From: Actinomycetota bacterium
GTDB taxonomy: Bacteria; Actinomycetota; Coriobacteriia; Anaerosomatales; Anaerosomataceae
DNA length: 24,000 nt
Assembly: GCA_009668945.1 (NCBI GenBank)
Contig: SBEH01000004.1
Location: forward strand, 83,830-107,829
Direction: 5' to 3'
Shown here: positions 17,205 to 24,000 of the stretch, in pieces
Numbering within the stretch: the stretch's first letter is position 1
Layout of the letters: every line of letters starts with the position of its first letter
Program-made: the position numbers and the translations under genes
Notes under the pieces: generated by a model
The model's database searches: none
The model's input: only the letters and a program-made list of their open reading frames with translations
What the model was told of the DNA's origin: nothing

Positions 17205-19082
17205 ATGGAACGTGGCACGATCGTGAAGGTCGCCGGCCCGCTGGTTGTTGCCGAAGGGCTGGCATCCTCCAAGATGTTCGACCTCGTGCGCGTGGGCGAC
17301 GAGGGCCTCATGGGCGAGATCATCGAGATGCGCGGCGACCGCGCTTCGATCCAGGTGTACGAGGAGACCGAAGGACTCGGTCCTGGCGATCCCGTCGAGG
17401 GCACCGGCGCGCCGCTTTCCGTCGAACTCGGCCCGGGCATGCTCGGCGCGGTCTACGACGGCGTGCAGCGCCCGCTCGACGTGCTCGAGGCCCAGGCGGG
17501 CTCGTTCCTGAAGCGTGGCGTCACTGCGCCCGGCCTCGACCGCGAGAAGCGGTGGGAGTTCGTGCCGGTCGTCGCCGCGGGCGCACAGGTGTCCGCGGGC
17601 GACATCATCGGCACCGTGCAGGAGAACGAGGTGATCGAGCACCGGGTGATGGTGCCGCCGACTCTCGCGGGTGAGATCGCGTCAATCGCGGGCGGAAACT
17701 ACACCGTCACCGACGCCGTCGCCACGCTCAAGCTCGCCGACGGCTCATCCCGCGATCTCATGATGCTGCAGACGTGGCCGGTGCGCGTCCCGCGTCCGTA
17801 CGCCCGCAAGGTCTCGGCCGACGAGCCGCTCGTGACCGGCACGCGCGTGATCGACACGTTCTTCCCGCTGGTGAAGGGCGGCGTGGCATGCATCCCGGGT
17901 CCGTTCGGCGCGGGCAAGACCGTTACGCAGCACCAGGTGGCCAAGTGGAGTAACGCGCAGGTGGTCATCTTCATCGGCTGCGGCGAGCGCGGCAACGAGA
18001 TGACCGACGTGCTGATGGAGTTCCCCGAGCTCACCGACCCGTACTCGGGCCAGCCGCTCATGAAGCGCACGGTGCTCGTGGCCAACACCTCCAACATGCC
18101 GGTGGCCGCCCGCGAGGCGAGCGTGTACACGGGCATCACGATGGCCGAGTACTTCCGCGACATGGGCTACGAGGTCGTGCTCCAGGCCGACTCCACGTCG
18201 AGGTGGGCGGAAGCCATGAGGGAGATTTCCGGGCGTTTGGAGGAAATGCCCGGAGAAGAAGGGTTTCCTGCATATCTTGGAACCAAACTGGCAGCGTTCT
18301 ATGAACGCGCCGGTAAAGTACAGTGTTTGTCTTCGGATGCGGGCGCGGATGGTGTCGGTCGCGGCGCGACGCGCACCGCGGAGTCTGAGGAAGCCTCCGC
18401 AGCGCGTCCTGTGCGCGAGGACAGCGACGAAGGGCCCGACGGTGCGGCAAGCGCGCCGCGGATGGGCTCCGTCTCCGTCGTTGGCTCCGTCTCGCCCCCG
18501 GGTGGCGACCTCTCCGAACCTGTGGTTCAGAACACGCTCCGCGTGGTGAAGGTGTTCTGGGCACTGCAGGACACGCTCGCCTACGAGCGCCACTTCCCGG
18601 CGATCGACTGGCTCACGAGCTACTCGCTCTACCTCGAGAAGCTGCGCCCGCACTGGGACGCGGACGTGTCGCCGGAGTACCGCGCGCGGCGCGACGAGTG
18701 CATGGCGATTCTTCAGCGCGAAAGCGAGCTCGCCGAGATCGTGCGCCTCGTCGGCCTTGAGGCCCTCTCCGCGGAAGAGCAGATCCTGATGGAGACCGCC
18801 AAGTCGATCCGCGAGGACTTCTTGCAGCAGAACGCGTTCCGCGACGATGACCAATTCTCGTCGCCTATGGAGCAGGACCGGCTGCTCAAGACTATCCTGC
18901 TCTTCCACGCCAAGGCGATTGAAGCGCAAGGTGCTGGAGTGACCCTCAAGGCGATCTTTGCAGCGCCGGTGCGTGAACGCATCGCGCGTGCGAAGTACCT
19001 GACGGTCGACGACCTGGCAGTCCACGACGAGATCGACTCGGAGATCGAGACACAACTCGTCGCCGGCGGGAAGGAGGTCTGA
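17205..19082 (+). CDS. V-type ATP synthase catalytic subunit A with an extra internal segment
   Basis: [20 protein letters not shown]-loop [60 protein letters not shown], then non-canonical Ala/Gly/acidic segment, then [43 protein letters not shown]. Confidence 0.96.
   Translation: MERGTIVKVAGPLVVAEGLASSKMFDLVRVGDEGLMGEIIEMRGDRASIQVYEETEGLGPGDPVEGTGAPLSVELGPGMLGAVYDGVQRPLDVLEAQAGSFLKRGVTAPGLDREKRWEFVPVVAAGAQVSAGDIIGTVQENEVIEHRVMVPPTLAGEIASIAGGNYTVTDAVATLKLADGSSRDLMMLQTWPVRVPRPYARKVSADEPLVTGTRVIDTFFPLVKGGVACIPGPFGAGKTVTQHQVAKWSNAQVVIFIGCGERGNEMTDVLMEFPELTDPYSGQPLMKRTVLVANTSNMPVAAREASVYTGITMAEYFRDMGYEVVLQADSTSRWAEAMREISGRLEEMPGEEGFPAYLGTKLAAFYERAGKVQCLSSDAGADGVGRGATRTAESEEASAARPVREDSDEGPDGAASAPRMGSVSVVGSVSPPGGDLSEPVVQNTLRVVKVFWALQDTLAYERHFPAIDWLTSYSLYLEKLRPHWDADVSPEYRARRDECMAILQRESELAEIVRLVGLEALSAEEQILMETAKSIREDFLQQNAFRDDDQFSSPMEQDRLLKTILLFHAKAIEAQGAGVTLKAIFAAPVRERIARAKYLTVDDLAVHDEIDSEIETQLVAGGKEV
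18210..18332 (+). other. Atypical codon-usage tract within subunit A
   Basis: 41 codons with 22 ending in A/T (att, ttg, ttt, cct, gca, tat, ctt, gga, aaa, gta, tgt), whereas the 32 codons immediately upstream (18114-18209) all end in G/C. Confidence 0.8.
18333..18461 (+). other. In-frame additional segment in subunit A
   Basis: Encodes [43 protein letters not shown] where V-type A subunits normally have a short turn between YERAGKV..L and GSV..(I/V)G(A/S)VSPPGGD. Confidence 0.75.
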
Positions 19083-19083
19083 C

Positions 19084-20505
19084 GTGGCCCGCGAGTACAC
19101 CACCACACGCGACATAGTCGGGCCGCTCCTGCTCGTGGAGAAGGTCGCCGACGTGACCTACGGCGAACTGGTAGAACTCGAGTTCCCCGACGGGACGCGC
19201 TCGCTCGGCAACGTGCTCGAGGTGAACCGCGACGTCGCGCTCATCCAGGCGTTCGGCGGCACGCGAGGCGCGAACCCGGCGCAGACGAAGGTGAAGTTCC
19301 TCGGCCGGTCGCTCGAACTCGGTGTGAGCCGGGACATGCTCGGGCGTGTCTTCGACGGCCTCGGCCGGCCGCGCGACGGCGGGCCGGAGATCATCCCCGA
19401 CGAGCGCCGCTCGATCTACGGCGACCCGATAAACCCGACGGCGCGCGACTTCCCCGATGACTTCATCCAGACCGGCATCTCCGGCATTGACGGGCTGAAC
19501 CCGCTCGTGCGCGGGCAGAAGCTGCCGATCTTCAGCGGCAGCGGCCTCCCGCACAACCAGCTCGCAGCGCAGATCGCCCGTCAGGCGGCAGTGCTGGCGC
19601 GAAGCGACGACGCCGGCAAGGCCGGCGAGAAGCTCGAGGGCGAGTTCGCCGTGGTTTTTGCCGCGATGGGCATCACCTTCGAGGACGCCGACTTCTTCGC
19701 CTCCGAGTTCCGCAAGACCGCGGCCATCGAGCGCGCGGTGCTGTTCCTGAACCTCGCCGACGACCCGGCGGTAGAGCGCATCGCCACGCCGCGCATGGCG
19801 CTTACCGCCGCCGAGTACCTGGCGTACACCTGCGACATGCACGTGCTCGTGATCCTCACCGACATGACGTACTACTGCGAGGCTCTGCGCGAGGTCTCGG
19901 CCGCACGCAAGGAGGTACCGGGACGCCGCGGCTACCCCGGCTATCTCTACACCGACCTCGCCACCATCTACGAGCGCGCGGGCCGCGTGAAGGGCCGCAA
20001 GGGATCGATCACGCAGGTGCCGATCCTGTCGATGCCGGATGACGACAAGACGCACCCGATCCCCGACCTCACCGGCTACATCACCGAGGGGCAGATCATC
20101 CTCGACCGTCCGCTGCACAGAAGCGGCGTCTACCCGCCGATGGCGGTCCTGCCCAGCCTTTCGCGCTTGAAGCAGAAGGGCATCGGTCCGGGGAAGACCC
20201 GCGAGGACCATGCGGACTTGAGCAACCAGCTCTTCGGCGCGTATGCGCGCGGCATCCAGGCCAAGGAACTCGCGGTCATCCTCGGTGAGGCGGCGCTGTC
20301 CGATACCGACAAGGCGTTCGTGGCCTTTGCCGACGCCTTTGAGGACCGCTTCATCCGGCAGGGCGAGCACGAGGAACGAAGCGTGGAACGCACGCTCGAG
20401 ATCGGGTGGGAGCTTGCGGCGCTACTGCCGCGCGCCGAGCTCAAGCGCATCAAGGATACGTTCGTGGAGAAGTACCTTGCGGCTGATGCGGGAAGTGGGC
20501 AGTAG
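19084..20505 (+). CDS. V-type ATP synthase subunit B
   Basis: [127 protein letters not shown]. Confidence 0.97.
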   Translation: MAREYTTTRDIVGPLLLVEKVADVTYGELVELEFPDGTRSLGNVLEVNRDVALIQAFGGTRGANPAQTKVKFLGRSLELGVSRDMLGRVFDGLGRPRDGGPEIIPDERRSIYGDPINPTARDFPDDFIQTGISGIDGLNPLVRGQKLPIFSGSGLPHNQLAAQIARQAAVLARSDDAGKAGEKLEGEFAVVFAAMGITFEDADFFASEFRKTAAIERAVLFLNLADDPAVERIATPRMALTAAEYLAYTCDMHVLVILTDMTYYCEALREVSAARKEVPGRRGYPGYLYTDLATIYERAGRVKGRKGSITQVPILSMPDDDKTHPIPDLTGYITEGQIILDRPLHRSGVYPPMAVLPSLSRLKQKGIGPGKTREDHADLSNQLFGAYARGIQAKELAVILGEAALSDTDKAFVAFADAFEDRFIRQGEHEERSVERTLEIGWELAALLPRAELKRIKDTFVEKYLAADAGSGQ

Positions 20506-20508
20506 CGC

Positions 20509-20715
20509 GTGAGCGACGGGACCATCAGAGTCGTTCTGCTTGCGGCCGTCGGGCTGGCGGCGCTGCTCGTCTTGGGCTACCAGGTCTTCATGCTGCGCTG
20601 GACGAAGAAGACGGCAGGGTCGGTGCCCACGATCGTGAGAGTACTACGCGTGGCCAACGTCATCCTGATTCTCGGCACGGCTGTGATGGTCGTGTGGGTC
20701 CTGGCGGGCAGGTGA
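20509..20715 (+). CDS. Small hypothetical membrane protein (68 aa, two predicted TM helices) between subunits B and D
   Basis: GTG start 3 nt after the subunit B stop, ends 8 nt before subunit D; VSDGTIRVVLLAAVGLAALLVLGYQVFMLRWTKKTAGSVPTIVRVLRVANVILILGTAVMVVWVLAGR. Confidence 0.75.
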   Translation: MSDGTIRVVLLAAVGLAALLVLGYQVFMLRWTKKTAGSVPTIVRVLRVANVILILGTAVMVVWVLAGR

Positions 20716-20723
20716 GATAGAGG

Positions 20724-21365
20724 ATGCCACAGATCCGCGCCAACCCGAACCGGATGGAGCTCCTGAAGCTAAGGCGCCGCAGTGCCACGGCGCGCCGCGG
20801 CCACAAGCTGCTGAAGGACAAGCTCGACGAGCTTATGAAGGAGTTCCAGGCGCGCATCTCCGACAACCGTCGGCTCCGTCGCGACGTGGAGAGCGATCTT
20901 GCTGGAGCATTCGGGCTGTTCGCGCTTGCACGTGCCGAAGCGGGCAGCGCGGCGCTGGCCTCGGCGCTCATGGCGGGCGAGGCCGTGCCGCTTCTCGGCG
21001 TGACCGAGAAGAGCGTGATGAGCGTGCGGGTGCCCGTATTCGCACTCGGCACGCTTCCGGAGCCGGGCGGCTACTCGCTAGCAACCACGCCCGCAGTGCT
21101 CGATACCGCCCTCGACCGTCTCGCGGCGGTCGCGCCTCGCATGATCGACCTCGCGGAGCGGGAGAAGGCGATCGAGCTTCTGGCGGCCGAGATCGAACGC
21201 ACTCGCAGGCGCGTGAACGCGCTCGAGTACGTGCTCATCCCCACCATCGATGCGACCATCCGCGACATCACGATGAAGCTCGACGAGGCCGAGCGCGGCA
21301 ACCTCACGCGCCTCATGAAGGTGAAGGACATGATCGCCCGGCAGGAGGCCTCCGGAGGGCGGTAG
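20724..21365 (+). CDS. V-type ATP synthase subunit D
   Basis: MPQIRANPNRMELLKLRRRSATARRGHKLLKDKLDELMKEF ... RTRRRVNALEYVLIPTIDATIRDITMKLDEAERGNLTRLMKVKDM. Confidence 0.97.
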   Translation: MPQIRANPNRMELLKLRRRSATARRGHKLLKDKLDELMKEFQARISDNRRLRRDVESDLAGAFGLFALARAEAGSAALASALMAGEAVPLLGVTEKSVMSVRVPVFALGTLPEPGGYSLATTPAVLDTALDRLAAVAPRMIDLAEREKAIELLAAEIERTRRRVNALEYVLIPTIDATIRDITMKLDEAERGNLTRLMKVKDMIARQEASGGR

Positions 21366-21369
21366 CGCG

Positions 21370-22419
21370 TTGAGGGTGCGCACGACGATGCTCGCGGCGG
21401 GTGCGGTGGCGCTTGTCGCCGTCGTGGCGGGCGCGGTCACGCTGTCCGTCCTGTGGAGCGCACCGATTCGGCCGAGCTCCTCCGGTTCGGCGGAGACGAC
21501 ACAGACACTCGGCGCCTCCGAAGCAACGGCGTTTCCGGGGATAGCGGCGGCAGACCAGGCAAGCGCGCTCGTGGCGCTGCCGGTACGCCCGCTCGCCGAG
21601 ACACCCCGCCGGGCCTTCAGCGCGAGCGCCGCGATGGCGCACGTGCGCGTGCTCGAGGCGTTCGGCGTGCGTGCGGGCGGGTCCGAGGCCGAGAAGCAGG
21701 CGGCACTCTACATCCGCGACCAGCTCGTCGCCCTCGGCCTCAACGCGCGTATCGAGGAGTTTCCGCTCCCCAACGGCGGAACGAGCCGCAACGTGGTGGC
21801 GCGCGTGAAGGGCTACAGCGACACCGTGCTGGTACTCGGCGCGCACATGGACACCAAGCCGCCATCGCCCGGTGCGAACGACAACGCGTCGGGCTGTGCG
21901 GCTCTGCTCGAGCTCGCTGCGCGGCTCGCGGAGGATCCTGTCGTGCCGACGGTAGAGATCGTGTTCTTCGGCAGCGAGGAGATCATCGGCGGCGACCCGG
22001 ACGCGCATCACTTCGGCTCGCGGTACCGGGTGTCGCAGATGTCGGCGGCAGAACGCGCCAACTGCGCCGGCATGATATCTGTGGACATGATCGGGTACGG
22101 TCCGGACTTCCACTCGCGCTCAGCGGGCAGGGCGCCTTTGACCGTCTCGGACGGCGTGCTCGCGAAGGCCAGGGCGCTCGGCTACACCATGACGTTCAAG
22201 AAGGACACGTCGTCATACGGAATGTCGGACCACGAGGCATACGAGAAGGCGGGAATCCCAGCCGCGGTCGTGTGTTGGCGCGATGACCCCGTGTATCACA
22301 CTGCCGAAGACACTTCGGGGCATCTGTCGGAGGCCAAGATCCGCGCTGCGGGTACGGTCGTGCTCGAGTACGCCCGCGGGCTGGGCGAGACCGAACTGGC
22401 GGCGCTAACGGCGCGGTAG
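21370..22419 (+). CDS. M28-family zinc aminopeptidase-like exported protein
   Basis: N-terminal signal anchor; VLVLGAHMDTKPPSPGANDNASGCAALLELA, EIVFFGSEEIIGG, MISVDMIGYG, YHTAEDTSGHLSE. TTG start. Confidence 0.88.
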   Translation: MRVRTTMLAAGAVALVAVVAGAVTLSVLWSAPIRPSSSGSAETTQTLGASEATAFPGIAAADQASALVALPVRPLAETPRRAFSASAAMAHVRVLEAFGVRAGGSEAEKQAALYIRDQLVALGLNARIEEFPLPNGGTSRNVVARVKGYSDTVLVLGAHMDTKPPSPGANDNASGCAALLELAARLAEDPVVPTVEIVFFGSEEIIGGDPDAHHFGSRYRVSQMSAAERANCAGMISVDMIGYGPDFHSRSAGRAPLTVSDGVLAKARALGYTMTFKKDTSSYGMSDHEAYEKAGIPAAVVCWRDDPVYHTAEDTSGHLSEAKIRAAGTVVLEYARGLGETELAALTAR

Positions 22420-22530
22420 CGGCGTACCGCCTATCGGACGCAGAAGACCGTTCGTCGCCCGCGCCCTCTCGGTCGTCAGAACGTGCCGTACGAGCCTAAA
22501 GTCGCTCCTGGCAAGGGCCGATTACTGCAC

Positions 22531-22559
22531 CGTCAGGATCAACTGATACGAACCTGACG
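22531..22559 (+). repeat. Inverted repeat (7-bp arms, 15-nt loop)
   Basis: CGTCAGG ATCAACTGATACGAA CCTGACG. Confidence 0.55.
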
Positions 22560-22564
22560 ACCAG

Positions 22565-22604
22565 TCCGGCCCGACGACGGCGCCCCTCCGTGTATAGGGC
22601 CGGA
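22565..22604 (+). repeat. Inverted repeat (8-bp arms, 24-nt loop)
   Basis: TCCGGCCC ... GGGCCGGA, perfect 8-bp complementarity. Confidence 0.5.
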
Positions 22605-22619
22605 CCCAAACTCGCAACA

Positions 22620-22641
22620 GGCCCCGGAGCCGTCCGGGGCC
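22620..22641 (-). terminator. Strong hairpin, likely terminator for convergent genes
   Basis: GGCCCCGGA-GCCG-TCCGGGGCC, perfect 9-bp GC-rich stem with tetraloop between convergent M28 and TldD/PmbA genes; weak T-rich flank (TGTTGCGAGTTT) only on the minus strand. Confidence 0.6.
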
Positions 22642-22695
22642 TCCCGCATTCCGGGGGAGCGTGCTGCGCACCGGGCAAGCGGCTGCGGCGGCCCG

Positions 22696-24000
22696 CTAGC
22701 CTGTCTGGCCGGTGAACTCCCAGCGGTCGAGCAGAAGCGCTGGCACCAGAGTCGCGCCGCCCTCTCCGGGCCCCACGAGCACACGCTCGGATCCGACTGC
22801 GCCCACGTGCGCGAGCGCCTCCAGTACTGCCTGCGTGAAGCGCAGGTTCTTGAGCGGCGCGGTCAGGCGCCCGTCCTCGATCAGGAAAGTCCCGTCGCGC
22901 GTCATGCCGGTGAGCACGAGCTTCATCGGGTCCTCGACGTTCACGTAGTGGAAGCGCGTGACGTACACGCCGCGCTCCACGGACGCGATCATCTCGTGTT
23001 CGCTGGCCGCGCCCGACGCCATCGCGAGGTTGAGCGGCAGCGGGCCATCGAAGTTGGGAGCCGGGAGCGCGTGGCCGGTGTTGGGAAGACCGAGCTTCGC
23101 GGCGTAGTACGAGTCCGTGACCGGGCTACGCGCGATGCCGGCTTCGATAAGCGGGACGCGAGTGCGGGTCGTGCCTTCGAAGTCGAACGGCAGGCCGATC
23201 GTCTCGGGCGCGAGCGCGTCGTCGGCGATGGTGATGCGTGAGTCCGCCATCGGCTCGCCGATGTGTCCCGAGAGAAACGAGCTGCCCTCGTCGATCGATT
23301 TCGCGCCGAATCCGAGCCAGCCCATGAACTCCAGGATGTCCGACACCGCTTCCGGTGCGAGCACCACGGCATACACGCCCGGGTCGAGCGGCTGCGGGTC
23401 TGAGGAGCGCGTCGCGATGTCGGCAGCGCGTTCGCCGAGGTGCTGCGGGACGAATCCGGCAGTGTCCGCGCCGAGCCAGGACGCCCATCCGCTCCCGCCG
23501 CTGCCGCCCATCGCGAGCACGGTGGCGCGCACGTCGCCACCAGCGGCCGCGCGTGAGACGCCGAGGGTGTTGGCGACGGCGAGCGTGTAGAGGTTGCGCG
23601 CCACCGTGCCGGCGGCCGTGAGGCCGCGCCGCGCCGAAGGCGCGATGATCCCCGCCGCGGCCTCCGCGCGCGCATCCGCGCCGTAGGCCTCCACGCCCGC
23701 GAGGCCGCGTGCGGGATCATCCACGCGCCCGCCTGCGGGCAGGCCGGGGAAGTGCGGGTCCTCGGGCGCGTGGTGCGCGGCATCAACGGCCGCCGCCGCG
23801 CAGTGCTTGAGGCCGGCGTCATCGATGCGGTTGGTGCTCGCGACGCCGGTGCGCCGGCCGAGCACTGCGCGGATCGCGAGCGTCGTGTCGGATTCGGCGA
23901 CGTTCTGGTGGATGCGGTTGCCTGCGAAGCGCGTAAGCGCCGAGTCGCCGGAGGTCACCACCGCCTCGGCGGCGTCGGCAGCCGTGAGCCCTACGGCGCG
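22696..24000 (-). CDS. TldD/PmbA family protein (N-terminus outside window)
   Basis: ERGVYVTRFHYVNVEDPMKLVLTGMTRDGTFLIEDGRLTAPLKNLRFTQ; no HExxxH seen, so PmbA/TldE-like. Frame remains open past the listed start at 23961 to the window end (..AADAAEAVVTSGDSALTRFAGNRIHQNV). Confidence 0.9.
   Translation of the reverse strand, partial: RAVGLTAADAAEAVVTSGDSALTRFAGNRIHQNVAESDTTLAIRAVLGRRTGVASTNRIDDAGLKHCAAAAVDAAHHAPEDPHFPGLPAGGRVDDPARGLAGVEAYGADARAEAAAGIIAPSARRGLTAAGTVARNLYTLAVANTLGVSRAAAGGDVRATVLAMGGSGGSGWASWLGADTAGFVPQHLGERAADIATRSSDPQPLDPGVYAVVLAPEAVSDILEFMGWLGFGAKSIDEGSSFLSGHIGEPMADSRITIADDALAPETIGLPFDFEGTTRTRVPLIEAGIARSPVTDSYYAAKLGLPNTGHALPAPNFDGPLPLNLAMASGAASEHEMIASVERGVYVTRFHYVNVEDPMKLVLTGMTRDGTFLIEDGRLTAPLKNLRFTQAVLEALAHVGAVGSERVLVGPGEGGATLVPALLLDRWEFTGQTG

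Noticed and set aside
18324-18464. Active intein or group II intron within subunit A
   Set aside because: The extra segment is only about 40 codons, in frame, with no splice blocks, no C-terminal His-Asn and no endonuclease domain; at most a remnant.
17745-19115. 456-aa minus-strand ORF opposite subunit A
   Set aside because: Mirror-frame artefact of a G/C-ending-codon gene.
18946-20370. 474-aa ORF on the minus strand opposite subunit B
   Set aside because: Antisense of a highly conserved gene in high-GC DNA; composition (His/Arg-rich) is typical of mirror-frame ORFs and no family is recognisable.
22500-22610. Possible tRNA in the intergenic region
   Set aside because: Inverted repeats do not form a cloverleaf and no TTC-containing T-arm/CCA arrangement fits.
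1-24000. CRISPR arrays, transposases, phage genes, toxin-antitoxin or other defence islands
   Set aside because: No regularly spaced repeats, IS-like proteins, integrases or recognisable defence domains were seen; gene content is housekeeping.

Overview
GC-rich (about 65% by eye), densely coding chromosomal segment with the look of a Coriobacteriia/Actinobacteria-like anaerobe. It is mostly housekeeping content. Left to right: prs (5' truncated), L25/Ctc, pth, M23 peptidase (-), DUF4870-like, ApbE-like lipoprotein (-), an NfnA/NfnB-like flavoprotein pair, an orphan LytTR response regulator, DUF711/UPF0210 and ACT-domain proteins (-), DUF951, a degenerate M23-like protein (-), CapA-like (-), a complete V/A-type ATPase operon (H/G-like, I, K, E, C, F, A, B, small membrane ORF, D), M28 peptidase, a structured convergent intergenic region, and a TldD/PmbA-family gene (-, truncated by the window end). 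No CRISPR, IS element, tRNA/rRNA or defence system was recognised. Most notable observations: (1) an abrupt AT-ending codon tract plus a roughly 40-residue extra Ala/Gly/acidic segment inside the otherwise highly conserved catalytic subunit A; (2) an uncharacterised two-TM small ORF between subunits B and D; (3) Na+-coordination-type residues in subunit K; (4) a TATACT element in all four divergent intergenic regions, three of them as the 8-mer GGTATACT. I did not find convincing evidence of a wholly new system.
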